Virus record (IMG/VR): IMGVR_UViG_3300044726_000110
Location: 1-52,308 of that record
Source of the DNA: a virus
Taxonomy: Duplodnaviria; Caudoviricetes
DNA length: 52,308 nt
Reading direction: 5' to 3' (one strand)
Shown here: positions 24,097 to 35,295 of the stretch, piece by piece
Position numbering within the stretch: position 1 is the stretch's first letter
How the letters are laid out: every line of letters begins with the position of its first letter
Program-made: the position numbers and the translations under genes
Notes under the pieces: generated by a model
What the model saw: the letters and a program-made list of their open reading frames with translations, nothing else
Databases searched by the model: none
What the model was told of the DNA's origin: nothing

Positions 24097-27000
24097 TGGC
24101 TTTCGGTGGCGGCGGCTCCGCAATCTACACGGCGCAGTTGCAGATCGACACGCGGCAGGCACAGGCCGCGCTTTCGGCGTTCGGCAATCAGATGCGGACC
24201 TCGATGCGCCGCGTATCGCAGGAGACGAAGCAGGCGTCCGTTGGAGCCACGATTGGCCTAGAGCGGCTAACTAAGAACCTCGCGGGGCCGGGGCTGGGAT
24301 CGCAGCAGTTCCGTGTAGCGTCGGCTGGAGCCAAGGCCACCAAGACCAGCTTTGATAATCTCACCGCTTCGCAAATCGCTAGCATGAAGGGTAACGATAA
24401 GCTGCGCGTCTCCCTCATTGGCGTCACGCGCGCGTTCGCTGATCAGAAGAAGATGGGCCAGGTCACTAGCCAGACGCTACGGACGATGGCTGCTGATGTT
24501 GCGATGATCGGTCGTACCGCTAAGACGCAGGCCGACCGAAACATGTTCAAGGGTCTGACCGATGACTTGGTTGCTTATGCCGACGCGATGGACGCCGCCC
24601 TTAATGACGTAGGGCGCAATAAGGCAATCGTAAATCAGGCGAAGCAGCGGGTCGATTCGCTGAAGCTAGAAGCTGATCAGTTAAAGATGAATACGGCGTA
24701 CTATAAGGACGCCCAAGCCGCAATGCGCGCGCTTGCTGCCCCCGCTAAGGGAGCGAAAGGATTCACCTCTACGGCCCCGCGTGGCGGGATCCTGGGCCGC
24801 ATGGGGATGACGAAATCCACGTTCACGCCTGTGGCTGGGCCTGGTGGCGGCAAGGACTCGGATCTTGTCCGTGGGCAAATGATGCCAGAGCGGTCCAAGG
24901 CCGCCGCCAAAGCGTTGCTGAATCTTAGCTCGGCGGCACAGGGCGCAATGATCGGCGTGGCAGCGTTGGACGGAAACATCGTGGGCCTGGGCTTCTCCCT
25001 GATCTTCTTGAGCTACGGTATCGTTACCGTGGCGGTGGCGTTCGCTGCACTGACGGTTGCGATGATCGCCACTGAGCGCTTCTTCAAGATGATCATTACG
25101 CAGGGGGCCAAGGCGGGCACTGCGATGGAGAAGCTGGGCACACAGATGGCGGGCTTCTTCAAGAGCGCCGCGAAGTCGCAGGAAGTGCTCACCAAGGCAT
25201 CCGGCTTTGCTGCCGAGTTCGGCCTGGATCCTGCTGCTGCACAGCAGGTTACCTATGAACTAGAAAAAATGGGGATGGCTACCAAGACCTACATGACCGC
25301 GATGGCTAACGCGTCGGCGGCGACAGGTCAGGATATCGTAGCCATCAACGAGCAGTTCCTGGCGATCCAGAAGGCCAACGCTGCAGACCAAAAGGGCTTG
25401 ATAGAGCAGTTCTCCAAGGACTTTGATCTCAGCGCGACTAAGTACGCCTCCACGCTCGAACTGGCTATCGCCCTCAATGAGCGGTTCGCTGGCTCTGCGG
25501 AGGCAGCGGCGAATACTAACGCAGGCATCATTGCTAAGATCAAGGCGGCGTGGTTCGACTTCGTGACGACGGTTGGCTCCGTACTGGTGGGCTTCTTCAA
25601 GCCGATCCTTGAAGCGGGCCTCGCGTTCGTGCAGTCGATGCTGGCGGGCTTCAAGGCGGCGCGGGACGCTGGGATCAAGACGGGCGACCTGAACGACCGC
25701 ATGCTGGAGTTCGCCAACACGATCCGTATGATTACCCCGTACCTCATGCGCATCGGCTGGGTGCTGGGTAAGGTCGTGTACTACGGCTTATTGATCATGG
25801 CGAAGATCGTCAAGGTCGTGGCCGACACCCTCATTCGCCTATGGAACAAGATCAAGCCAGTCATCGACACCATCCGCGCTCTCATTCCTTACGTCAAGGA
25901 AATAGCCGACAAGATCATTAACTGGTACAAAGCCAATAAGGATCTCATCGACGGGCTACTCACGGCTATTGCTCTCCTATTCGCATTCGAGGGCGGCATG
26001 CGCACGGGCATGGCGGCGGCAGATCTATTCGCTAAGGCACTCGGTGGCGTGTGGGGTATGTTGGTCGGCCTCTGGAACATGCTGATGAACACCTACGTGG
26101 TGAAGTTCGCCCAGACCGGCATCGAAGCAATCACGTCTGCGATCCGTGCCCTGATGACCCTGATTGGTCAACTCGCTGGCAAGACCATCCAGTTCGCCTC
26201 GTCCGGCATCGAAGGGATCATGAGCGCGCTCCGTGGCATTGGCGGGCTGCTTGATGACATCGCAAAGAAGGCGGCGGCCATCAAGCTGCCGGGGATCAGT
26301 GGCGAGCCTGGGACACCGGGCGCACCGGGAACACCGGGCACAACTCCAGCGGCACCAAAGTTCCCAGCCTTCAATTTTGACAACTGGCCCGCGATGATCG
26401 GTGGTGCGTTGGGGCCGTTGCTCGCACAAGCGATCACTTTGGCGATGGCACATCCGCTGGTCCTGGCGGCGCTGGCAGCGGCAGCACTGGTGATCGGGGC
26501 GGCGTTGTTCCCGAAGGAGACAGGCTTCGTCACGAGTCGCGCCGCCGACTGGATTGGGGCCGCGATCGTCACGATCATTGGTGCGCTTGCCACCATGTAC
26601 TTGCGCATCATTGATAAGTTCATTGAACTGCAAATCCTGATCCGCGTGGAGTTGGCGAAGCTATTCGTCAACGCGTGGCTGGCTGTCTTTGATCTACTCA
26701 AGGAGACGGTACAGAAGGTATTCGGTGGCCTGAAGGATATCATCGTTGGCATCATTACCGGCGACTGGGAACGGGCGGTACGGGGCGCGCTCAAGGTACT
26801 GGACGCGATCTTTATTGATCTGCCGAAGGGGCTGCTGACGATCCTCAAGGATACCTGGGTGTCGGCCCTCACCGAGACTGTACCCGTCATTGCTAACGCC
26901 CTGTGGGAGGCGTTCAAGTACGTCACGGAGCCACTCGTTGATATCTTCAAGGAGCCGTTCACCGCGATCTGGGAGTGGATGAAGAACTGGTGGGCGCAGT

Positions 27001-27773
27001 TCAGCGGCCAGTGGGTGACGGAGAAGTTCGATGCCAGCAAGCGCGCATTCAAGGAGCAGCTTGCAAACATCAAGCAGGCGTTCAAGGACATCTTCGACTT
27101 CCAGGGATCGGACAGCATCGGCAGGATCATTAGCGGCGCGTTCGAGGCGCTGACCAACTTCGTCAACCGTATGCCCAATCCATTCGGGCGCTTCATGGAC
27201 CTCATGGAAGATGTCATTGAGAAGGCGCGCAGGGTAAAAGATTTCGTTAACGCTGTGCTGCCTGGCAATCCGGCTGGCGGTGGCGGTAGCTCTAGCGGCG
27301 GGGGTGGTCAGCAGCAACAGCAACAGCAGGCATATTGGGTGCCTGCACAGATTACCGATTGGAAGTTCCATTACGGGGCAAACGGATCGATCTCGTACGG
27401 CAACTACGCGATTGCAACGAGCCACTGGTCAGATCAAGGAGCAGGGGTAGCCTACGTCAATATGCCGGGGCTGCAACAGCCAGACCTGAGCAAGTACGCC
27501 CTCGGTGGCCGCGTCCCCGGCAGGCCGGGGCAGAAGGTTCCAGTGCTTGCTGAGGCCGGGGAGGTGTTCCTTGGGGCACCCAACCTCGCACGGGCCAGCG
27601 GCAGGGAAGCGGCAGCGTTGGGCGGGGGTGGCGGCGTGAACATCTACCTCGACGCTCGCGGCTCCGTCATGACCAACGATGTGGTCGATGAACTCGCTAA
27701 CCAGATCTTCGCAAAGGTGGGCCGTAATCTCTCCGGTAACCGTGGCATGACCTTCCACAGGATTAATGGATGA
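24087..27773 (+). CDS. tape measure protein
   Basis: About 1228 aa, Ala-rich helical, W/F periodic repeats, C-terminal ALGG.V...AEAGE motif. Confidence 0.9.
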   Translation: MGLVAFGGGGSAIYTAQLQIDTRQAQAALSAFGNQMRTSMRRVSQETKQASVGATIGLERLTKNLAGPGLGSQQFRVASAGAKATKTSFDNLTASQIASMKGNDKLRVSLIGVTRAFADQKKMGQVTSQTLRTMAADVAMIGRTAKTQADRNMFKGLTDDLVAYADAMDAALNDVGRNKAIVNQAKQRVDSLKLEADQLKMNTAYYKDAQAAMRALAAPAKGAKGFTSTAPRGGILGRMGMTKSTFTPVAGPGGGKDSDLVRGQMMPERSKAAAKALLNLSSAAQGAMIGVAALDGNIVGLGFSLIFLSYGIVTVAVAFAALTVAMIATERFFKMIITQGAKAGTAMEKLGTQMAGFFKSAAKSQEVLTKASGFAAEFGLDPAAAQQVTYELEKMGMATKTYMTAMANASAATGQDIVAINEQFLAIQKANAADQKGLIEQFSKDFDLSATKYASTLELAIALNERFAGSAEAAANTNAGIIAKIKAAWFDFVTTVGSVLVGFFKPILEAGLAFVQSMLAGFKAARDAGIKTGDLNDRMLEFANTIRMITPYLMRIGWVLGKVVYYGLLIMAKIVKVVADTLIRLWNKIKPVIDTIRALIPYVKEIADKIINWYKANKDLIDGLLTAIALLFAFEGGMRTGMAAADLFAKALGGVWGMLVGLWNMLMNTYVVKFAQTGIEAITSAIRALMTLIGQLAGKTIQFASSGIEGIMSALRGIGGLLDDIAKKAAAIKLPGISGEPGTPGAPGTPGTTPAAPKFPAFNFDNWPAMIGGALGPLLAQAITLAMAHPLVLAALAAAALVIGAALFPKETGFVTSRAADWIGAAIVTIIGALATMYLRIIDKFIELQILIRVELAKLFVNAWLAVFDLLKETVQKVFGGLKDIIVGIITGDWERAVRGALKVLDAIFIDLPKGLLTILKDTWVSALTETVPVIANALWEAFKYVTEPLVDIFKEPFTAIWEWMKNWWAQFSGQWVTEKFDASKRAFKEQLANIKQAFKDIFDFQGSDSIGRIISGAFEALTNFVNRMPNPFGRFMDLMEDVIEKARRVKDFVNAVLPGNPAGGGGSSSGGGGQQQQQQQAYWVPAQITDWKFHYGANGSISYGNYAIATSHWSDQGAGVAYVNMPGLQQPDLSKYALGGRVPGRPGQKVPVLAEAGEVFLGAPNLARASGREAAALGGGGGVNIYLDARGSVMTNDVVDELANQIFAKVGRNLSGNRGMTFHRING

Positions 27774-29062
27774 GTTTCTCTGTACTTATCAACGGCCTCG
27801 AATACAACGAGAACACGTTCCGCAACACGATGGAAATCCGTGAAGCCATGCAGATGAACGGGTCTGGCATGAGCGCTACCGTGCAGTTGACTGACGACTT
27901 GCCGGTGCCCACGGGTGGGAACGAGATCCGCGTATACAAGGATGACGTGCTGGAGTTCGCTGGCCGCATCAAGAACGTGGACCCGAGCTTTGCGAGCTTC
28001 GCGATGCAGTACGGCTTGGACTGTGCCGACTATACGCCAGACTTCGATTCACAGTTCATCAGCGAGACGTTCGATGAGAACAACATCGGCGACACCGTGC
28101 GGGTTATCATTGGATACGTGGGCCGGGGCTTCACCAGTAACAACGTGGAGAACGGGCCAGACATCGGTGAAGTGGTCATGGAGCTTGAGGCTCCCAGCGG
28201 TGTCATCACGCGGCTGGCGGAAGGCATTGAGCACCAGTGGTACGTGGACTATGAGCGCGATGTGCATTTCTTTTATATCAAGAACCGACCGGCCCCGGTG
28301 CCGACGCTGGACTTCGACACTGATCTAGTCAACTACAGCAACCTGACCCCGAGTGAGGATGTCTCGCAGGTCAAGAATGTTATCTACCTGACGGGCGTGC
28401 AAGTCAAGAGCCGCTACAACGCGGGCCACGCCTGGATCGCGGACGGCGACACACGCTTCTTCCCGCTGGGGTATCAACCTGTGGGCCTGAACGAGACGAT
28501 CGTGCGCGTGAACGGCGCACCACAAACGCTCAAACTAGATACCCGCGATGGTCAAATGGGTGACGGTGCCACGGACGACGGATCCGTCTACCTGTGTATT
28601 GATAACTGGGGCATCCGGTGGGCCGACAATAGCCCTCCCGCTGAGCTAGCGCAGCTAGACGTATCGTATAAGTACGTCGTGGATACCACGGTGAAGGTTG
28701 AGGAGCCACGAAGCATCGAGATGATGCGGCTCCGCGAGAATACACCGACCGCGCCATCCAATGGCAGACACGAGTTCAAGTTCGAGGTGCCGGATCTGGG
28801 CCTACAGGACAACGAGGGGCCAGTAGTTGATTACGGAAATCTGCTGCTTAGCCGCTACGCATTTCCACGTTGGGATATATCGTTCGATAGCTTGACACAA
28901 GGTTGGCAACGTGGGCAGACTTTCTACGGCCAGTCAACGCGGCACGGCTTCGCCACCGACTTCTACATCACGAGTGTGACCAAGAGATTGTACCAGTCGA
29001 GTGACGGCATAACCCGGTTCGCATATAACTTGGAGGCATCGTCCTCACCATTCCCAGGATAG
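27770..29062 (+). CDS. tail tip/hub protein
   Basis: Follows TMP; FAGRI, WYVDYERDVHF, VKNVIYLTG. Confidence 0.75.
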   Translation: MSFSVLINGLEYNENTFRNTMEIREAMQMNGSGMSATVQLTDDLPVPTGGNEIRVYKDDVLEFAGRIKNVDPSFASFAMQYGLDCADYTPDFDSQFISETFDENNIGDTVRVIIGYVGRGFTSNNVENGPDIGEVVMELEAPSGVITRLAEGIEHQWYVDYERDVHFFYIKNRPAPVPTLDFDTDLVNYSNLTPSEDVSQVKNVIYLTGVQVKSRYNAGHAWIADGDTRFFPLGYQPVGLNETIVRVNGAPQTLKLDTRDGQMGDGATDDGSVYLCIDNWGIRWADNSPPAELAQLDVSYKYVVDTTVKVEEPRSIEMMRLRENTPTAPSNGRHEFKFEVPDLGLQDNEGPVVDYGNLLLSRYAFPRWDISFDSLTQGWQRGQTFYGQSTRHGFATDFYITSVTKRLYQSSDGITRFAYNLEASSSPFPG

Positions 29063-29069
29063 GTGATTA

Positions 29070-30605
29070 GTGGCCGGTCAACTAGACCAGTTCAACCGCA
29101 CGATCCGCAACCTGTACGCGGCGGTGTTTGAACGTCCTGGCGGGCCAACTGATAACAGAGTCCCGACCGCGGCGGATCTGCACTATACGCAGCAGCTTAG
29201 CATCCATGCGCGAAATCGGCTGGGGCTGGCTATCGCCAACGACGTGCCCGAGATCTGGCTACGGCTAAATGATCAGCTCCTTGACTACGGGGCCATGAAT
29301 AACCGATACGTGGACTCTGCGGCGTTGACGCGGGTCTGGGTGGATAATAAGGCAGCACTGTGGAGCGCCTCACCTACATGGACGACTACGCCACGGGTGC
29401 AGTCGGTAGACGGGCTAATCGATGGTCGGCCCAACAGCAGTAAGCGCTTCCAGGGGATCGCAGGCGGTACAGCCTACTACATCCTTTCGACCAGCCTACC
29501 GCCAACGCAGAACTTCACGGTTGAGTTCTTGATGAAAGTCATCAGTGTCCCCGGTGGATCGTGGGTAGGCGGCGGCTTGCTGGAAGGCGTTACCACCACG
29601 GGCGCGGGTCTGCTTCTCGATAGTAACGGTACAACGATCCGTCTACGCGGGGAGCCGGGAGCGTTGGTCGCCGGTGCCCTCACGATTGGACAGCTTCATC
29701 ACTGCGCGTTCGTACGCGACTATGAGGGCACGAATCGTCTGTATCTGGATGGCGTGGAAGTCGCCAACGAGGACGGCTCCGTGGGGAGTAGCTCATTTAC
29801 CGTGCCGTGGCGGATCTATGGTGGGGACGCAAGCCTCGTGTTTGAGATGGAAGAGGCCGCCATGTATCGGACCGCTCTGACGGCGGCGCAGATCGCGGCT
29901 CACTACGCAGCGTTTGCGGAGGAGGAGAACGCGGTAGGTTCGAGCTATGCGCCGCTCGCCCGCTACTACGAAGCGCTCACACCTAGCGGCGCGGACGGTG
30001 CCAACGATTCCAGCATGGCGCTCTACAGTGACAAGGTGAGCTACAGCAGTGCGGTGCTGCATGCAACGCTGATGTGGGGCATCATCAGGATCCGGCCCAA
30101 CTATGCATCCACGGCTGGTACCGACAGGACGATCTTCGACTGGAGGGTGGATGCTAACAACAGGGTTACGCTGCACTTCAATCAGGCGACCGACTCGTTC
30201 GTCCTAACGAGGTTGAACGCCGGGGCCGGGGCCACGGCGAGCGTAGTAACCGCTCACGCCGCTTACGATTATATCACTATCGCATTCAAGCTGAGCGCGA
30301 CGCAGATCTCCATCAGCTTGAATGGCGGCGCTTGGACCGATGTTGCGAACACGGCTATCCCCACGATGACGACGGCGCTCAATTTCAGCTTGTACATGAC
30401 CAACGTCCAGTACATACTTTGGTCGGCACTCGGAGTGGGAACCCTCACCGATGCTGGCCTCGCAGCCGTACACGCGAAAGGCAACGCCGACCCGGACATC
30501 AGCGACTTCGGGGACGCGGTGCTCAACGAGATATCCTTCCTCTGGCATGGCCGTGGAACTGCACACGTACCCATCGGGGCGTGGGGAGAATCGATGTATG
30601 AATAA
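29070..30605 (+). CDS. LamG/concanavalin A-like tail protein
   Basis: FTVEF...HHCAFV...LYLDG...EAAMYRTALTAAQIAAHY. Confidence 0.8.
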   Translation: MAGQLDQFNRTIRNLYAAVFERPGGPTDNRVPTAADLHYTQQLSIHARNRLGLAIANDVPEIWLRLNDQLLDYGAMNNRYVDSAALTRVWVDNKAALWSASPTWTTTPRVQSVDGLIDGRPNSSKRFQGIAGGTAYYILSTSLPPTQNFTVEFLMKVISVPGGSWVGGGLLEGVTTTGAGLLLDSNGTTIRLRGEPGALVAGALTIGQLHHCAFVRDYEGTNRLYLDGVEVANEDGSVGSSSFTVPWRIYGGDASLVFEMEEAAMYRTALTAAQIAAHYAAFAEEENAVGSSYAPLARYYEALTPSGADGANDSSMALYSDKVSYSSAVLHATLMWGIIRIRPNYASTAGTDRTIFDWRVDANNRVTLHFNQATDSFVLTRLNAGAGATASVVTAHAAYDYITIAFKLSATQISISLNGGAWTDVANTAIPTMTTALNFSLYMTNVQYILWSALGVGTLTDAGLAAVHAKGNADPDISDFGDAVLNEISFLWHGRGTAHVPIGAWGESMYE

Positions 30606-31500
30606 CGTGATGCAGTTCGAGGCGTATGGCTGGCTGGACATCGAACTTGAGGCACCGGACGGATCTCTTCGTACGATGAGCTTCAAGAATGCCGCCAGTG
30701 ATAACCTGGCCTCTGCCGCCGCGTCCGCACTCGCGCAACAGTCCACAGGCATTCCATACCAAATTAGGCTGGGATCCGGCGCACACTGGGCCACCGAGTT
30801 GGACGAGATCAATGACGTAGGCATACAGGGGCAGGACGGGGATCTGTCGCAGTTCTTCATCCAGAACCAGACCGACAACGTCACGATCTCCTACATCCTG
30901 GCGGGCCTGAAGCGACTGGGCACCAGTGCGGGTAACGTGACAATGCGGCTGTACCCCGCTGGCACCGACGTGCTGATCGTGGAGTCGTCTCCCGTGTCGT
31001 TCAACGGCATCAGCAGTGCGGCCTACGACTGGCGCAAGTTCGAGTTCCCCACACCCACAGCCATCGCTCCCGGTAACTACCGGATGCAGTTGTGGACGGA
31101 TGTTGTGTACAGCGCTGGCGTCACTGAGTTGCAATGGGGTGCGATCAATAGCAATCCTTATGCGAGCGGTGACATGAGGAAGCTGGTCGCGGGAAGCTGG
31201 GTGCATGTGGATGCTGACCCCAACATGGACGCCGCATTCAGGGCGGTAATCCAGACCCATGACCAAATGAGCGCGCTCGTCGGTAGTACGCACGTTCTGC
31301 CCATCGATGGATTCAGCAAGAGTGGACGTTACGTCGCCAGGTTCCTATCCGTATTTCCCGGCGAAGCGGAAGGCTCCTACGTGGGGCACGCATCTCTTGA
31401 GGATGAGGCAGGCACCGTGCTTGCGATCAGTACCGTTGCCATTAACAAGTCTGCTGCTGAGATCCTGCGGATTTACTGGAACACGGAGGTAGTTCCGTGA
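30598..31500 (+). CDS. minor tail protein
   Basis: Tail-module position; INKSAAEILRIYW C-terminus. Confidence 0.7.
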   Translation: MNNVMQFEAYGWLDIELEAPDGSLRTMSFKNAASDNLASAAASALAQQSTGIPYQIRLGSGAHWATELDEINDVGIQGQDGDLSQFFIQNQTDNVTISYILAGLKRLGTSAGNVTMRLYPAGTDVLIVESSPVSFNGISSAAYDWRKFEFPTPTAIAPGNYRMQLWTDVVYSAGVTELQWGAINSNPYASGDMRKLVAGSWVHVDADPNMDAAFRAVIQTHDQMSALVGSTHVLPIDGFSKSGRYVARFLSVFPGEAEGSYVGHASLEDEAGTVLAISTVAINKSAAEILRIYWNTEVVP

Positions 31501-32111
31501 CAGTTAGCGGCGGACTGGGGATTGCCCCCAGTGAGTTCAATGACATCGCCATTGGTGTCCAGCCGACGCATCCGTTCGTGGGCCAGCTTTGGATTGACGA
31601 CACTCCGGCTGGTGGCATCGTGCCCTACATGTACAAGACGGGTGGCTTCGCACTGCTTGACCCGCCTGCACAGATCCGGCTGCTCTCCAGTGGGTCGCCC
31701 GCTGCGGTAGTCTCCAGCCAGACACAGGATACGTTGGCGTTCGAGATCACCGGCCTCACGGTACCTACAGCGAGCGCGCTGGCTTTGAACTTCCTATACA
31801 CGACGACAGGCTCAGGATCCCCGCTTGCCAGGATTGGCCTCGCTGTGAACGGCACCACGGTCAACACCACGCTGGTCAGCGTTGGCTACCCCATTGAGGT
31901 GGGAACCATCGAGCCGCTGCACATCCAGATTGGCCGACGCGACGGCGGCACCGTAGGCGCGTTCTTCCAGCAGGCGCTAGTCCCGCTCAAGGTGGGTATC
32001 ACCGCCGTAGTCCCCTCCGCGATCATTACGAGCATCCGAGTGAACGCACAGATGCTAGGCGCGACAAGGACTGTGACCTTCCACAGCTACAAGCTCTGGG
32101 AGTACCGCTAA
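31497..32111 (+). CDS. minor tail/fibre protein
   Basis: QPTHPFVGQLWIDD motif. Confidence 0.7.
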   Translation: MTVSGGLGIAPSEFNDIAIGVQPTHPFVGQLWIDDTPAGGIVPYMYKTGGFALLDPPAQIRLLSSGSPAAVVSSQTQDTLAFEITGLTVPTASALALNFLYTTTGSGSPLARIGLAVNGTTVNTTLVSVGYPIEVGTIEPLHIQIGRRDGGTVGAFFQQALVPLKVGITAVVPSAIITSIRVNAQMLGATRTVTFHSYKLWEYR

Positions 32112-33250
32112 TGGCTGAGTTCACAATTGGGCCTTACTACGGATCGTCCATTGTATCAACGATGGGCGTGACTGGCGGGCCGGTAACTAACGTGCTTGGT
32201 GTGCAGAACAGCACCTATGCATACGGCCAAGATCACGCCACCAACTGGCCGTGGCAGATCAATATACAGATGGAGCCGATGAGCATCCCGGCAGACGCCA
32301 CTATCATTGGGGCCGAGGTATTGGTGCGGGCGTTCCTCTCCGTAGGATCCCCGATCAAGAGCGTGCTCGTCGGCATGGAGAATGCTGGATACATGGTGCG
32401 GTCGTGGACGACGGCCACGGAGACGTTGGCATACGGCCAGCTCACATCGTGGTCAGGTGGCTCGACTCCTTGGGCGAAACCGGCCCCGGCAGCATTCGCG
32501 GATCTGCTACTGACGCTTGGACCTGCTGGATACTACAGCGACAACCGACACTTCCAACCCGACTTCATCTCGATTCGCGTCAAGTATAGCACCCCGCCGC
32601 AGACACTGAACCTTGCACCCGCCGTGATGAAGTTCCGGGATCCGTTGCAGACAGCAACGAAAGCGGATCCCTCCGACCCGGTTGGCTACACCAACGAGCA
32701 TCGCGCTGGGGACCGGATCCGTAAGGTGGCGGTGGACAAGCTGCGCTACCGAGACGATACGCCGACATCGTTGACTAAAGGCAACGTCTGGCTCGACCCA
32801 GGTAACCCTGGGGTCAAGATCTGGACCGGCACTGAATGGCGGCAGTTGGTCCAGCCGGGAGCCATCCTTCTTGGTACGCAAGGAGCTAAGTCTACCACGG
32901 AGACGGATTGGGTAACGATCCAGGCATACGCGCTGAACGACGTGCCCAGCACGTACGGCTTCTCGTGGATGGTGACCGGCCTCACGTCAGGGGCCAACGC
33001 ACGCGTACGTGTGAATCAGGACGACGCCAAGATCTGGGCTATGACGGACCACGGTACGTTTGCTATGTTTGAGTCGCAGAACGTGAAAGGTGTCGGTCAC
33101 CTCTGGAATACGGTGGGTGACTACATCATCAGTGATGACGCCTTCACGCTCCCGACAGAGATCAACCTCATCGAGTTTCAGATGCGGCGCGTGGACGCGA
33201 GCACGCCGAACGCCATTACATCCATGAGTATGTGGGCACACCCGAGGTAA
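32111..33250 (+). CDS. minor tail/fibre protein
   Basis: LNLAPAVMKFRDP and GNVWLDP...KIWTGTEW motifs. Confidence 0.7.
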   Translation: MAEFTIGPYYGSSIVSTMGVTGGPVTNVLGVQNSTYAYGQDHATNWPWQINIQMEPMSIPADATIIGAEVLVRAFLSVGSPIKSVLVGMENAGYMVRSWTTATETLAYGQLTSWSGGSTPWAKPAPAAFADLLLTLGPAGYYSDNRHFQPDFISIRVKYSTPPQTLNLAPAVMKFRDPLQTATKADPSDPVGYTNEHRAGDRIRKVAVDKLRYRDDTPTSLTKGNVWLDPGNPGVKIWTGTEWRQLVQPGAILLGTQGAKSTTETDWVTIQAYALNDVPSTYGFSWMVTGLTSGANARVRVNQDDAKIWAMTDHGTFAMFESQNVKGVGHLWNTVGDYIISDDAFTLPTEINLIEFQMRRVDASTPNAITSMSMWAHPR

Positions 33251-33252
33251 TC

Positions 33253-35268
33253 ATGGCTTCTTTTCTTGGCGTCTGTCCTGTTGATTTCGGCATGGTTGGG
33301 AACGCGCTGTTTGGGGCAAACGGCAGCGGCACGGCGCCATTTGCGCTCTCTGTCACCGGCGGATATCTAAAGACAGGCAGCCGTTCATCGAGTCCAGGTC
33401 CGGCAGGAACACGCGGATGTGCAGCCTACGTTCCCACTTACTATGCTGCCAACTTCTGGCAGATGGCGAACAACCTCTGGAACGATACTGCTGATCCGCC
33501 CCCGAACGGTCTACCTGTAGGTGGGGCGCTCGATAACATCACCGTTAAGTTCACGGCACACTACGATCTAATCGCCGGTAGCGACGGGGCGCACTTTTTC
33601 TGGCTGATGCCCAGCTACGACTTTGACTTTCTAGACACCACGCAATGGCAGGTCCATCTGGACATGAATACCGCGAAGGAGGTGGTCATCACCAAGGCAC
33701 GGCTGGATGACTCCTCGCCTGTCACGATCCTGAACACGGGCTACGTTCTGACGGAGAACGTTGACTACGATTTTGAGATCAGCATCTACTGTGGGAGCGG
33801 TACGGCTGATGCGTGGGGACTTAAGATCAACGGCGCGCTCGTTGGCTCAGGCACCACTAAGATCGGCGAGACGGGGGCCAAGATTAAGTCGTTCGGCTTT
33901 GGGCCAAACTACGGTGGCGCGTGGCAAAACCTAGATGACATCGACTGGTACTTCAAAGACATCTCGCTGTTCCGTGACGGCTTTCCCGGTACCGGCGAAA
34001 TCGTCCGATTGAGTGTTGACGGCGCTGGTACCTACTCGACCATGACCGGCGCGTATACAGATATCGACGATGCCGCGGGAGCGATCGACGATGACACGAC
34101 ATACATATTGGGTGACGCCAACGGAGAGCGATCCACGTTTACTCTGGATACATCACCGCTGCCCGCTGACGTGGAGATAGGCGGCGTACAGATCCTGGGC
34201 ATTGGACGGTTCCCGACAGGTAGCTCCTTGGGTGGCGCATCTCTGGTGGCTGGCGGCACGCTGTACGATACGGTGACCACCGCGCATTACTTTAACACTA
34301 CCGTCTATCAGCCGACCGCCCTGTGGGTGCTACAGGAGAATCCCGATACGTCCGATCCGTGGACGCTCTCAGATCTCAGTACGCTTGAGATCGGAGCGAA
34401 GCTGCTGACCGGTGGAGCAACGTATCGCATAACGGTATTGTACGCTTTCGTGTGGGTCGAGTACCCGCCGCAAGAGATCGACTTGGCCCCGGTAGAGATG
34501 TCGCTCACAGGAGTGGCCCCGGCCCAGACGTGGCTCGGATACGGACTCGAACCCGTCGTCATGCATCTTGGCGTCAACCCGCCGACGCTGACACAGCGCA
34601 CGCTCAGCTTGAATCCAGTTGTCATGCGTCTACGCGATCCTGGTCAAGGCGTAGGTATCACGCGATACGTCGTCCCCACGGCGCGGGGCCGCTGGTGGAC
34701 AGTGAGCACCACGCAGCCGATCATTGCGGAGGAAGGCTACATCTGGGTTGACCCCACCATTCCTGCTACCCCCAGGATCTACCAGTACGTGAACGGCGCG
34801 TGGGTGGATGCGGTCGTGGGCCTGGAAGAAGCCGCGACTCGTGTATCCTGGGACGGCGGCGGATCCAGCGCCAGCGCCAACCTTGCCACGATCGCCAACC
34901 TCACCGGCCTCAACATCCCTGCGGATGAGCACATCATGATTGAGGCCACCTTCGCGAACACAGGCGGCGTGGACGCGACGGCGCTCGGCATAGAGATCAA
35001 CAACATAACCGTTATGTCGGGTGTCGCGGCACCGGGTACCACGACTGGGGAGTATGGCATATGGCGGATCATCATTCCTAGGAGGGATGTCGCCGCGAGC
35101 CTGCAAGGGCGCAGCTACATCCTTGTGCCGGGGCAGGCCCAAGTCGTGACCACGCTGGCGTCGGTCCCGATTAATACGCCCATCACTTCAATCGAGTTGT
35201 TGGCCGACCCGAATAGCACCGTCAACTTTGAAATCCGAAACGTGGTTGTAAATTCGCTCCAGACCTAG
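33253..35268 (+). CDS. tail fibre / receptor-binding protein candidate
   Basis: 671 aa, beta-rich; GYIWVDP...YQYVNGAW; C-domain resembles the 31497 protein. Confidence 0.7.
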   Translation: MASFLGVCPVDFGMVGNALFGANGSGTAPFALSVTGGYLKTGSRSSSPGPAGTRGCAAYVPTYYAANFWQMANNLWNDTADPPPNGLPVGGALDNITVKFTAHYDLIAGSDGAHFFWLMPSYDFDFLDTTQWQVHLDMNTAKEVVITKARLDDSSPVTILNTGYVLTENVDYDFEISIYCGSGTADAWGLKINGALVGSGTTKIGETGAKIKSFGFGPNYGGAWQNLDDIDWYFKDISLFRDGFPGTGEIVRLSVDGAGTYSTMTGAYTDIDDAAGAIDDDTTYILGDANGERSTFTLDTSPLPADVEIGGVQILGIGRFPTGSSLGGASLVAGGTLYDTVTTAHYFNTTVYQPTALWVLQENPDTSDPWTLSDLSTLEIGAKLLTGGATYRITVLYAFVWVEYPPQEIDLAPVEMSLTGVAPAQTWLGYGLEPVVMHLGVNPPTLTQRTLSLNPVVMRLRDPGQGVGITRYVVPTARGRWWTVSTTQPIIAEEGYIWVDPTIPATPRIYQYVNGAWVDAVVGLEEAATRVSWDGGGSSASANLATIANLTGLNIPADEHIMIEATFANTGGVDATALGIEINNITVMSGVAAPGTTTGEYGIWRIIIPRRDVAASLQGRSYILVPGQAQVVTTLASVPINTPITSIELLADPNSTVNFEIRNVVVNSLQT

Positions 35269-35295
35269 TAAGGTCGCCAGCACAGGAGAACCCTC

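Noticed and set aside
26300-27330. PGTPGAPG and Gly/Gln runs in the tape measure protein
   Set aside because: Low-complexity linkers with no evidence of separate function
31497-35268. Diversity-generating retroelement acting on the fibres
   Set aside because: No reverse transcriptase and no TR/VR pair with adenine-specific differences seen
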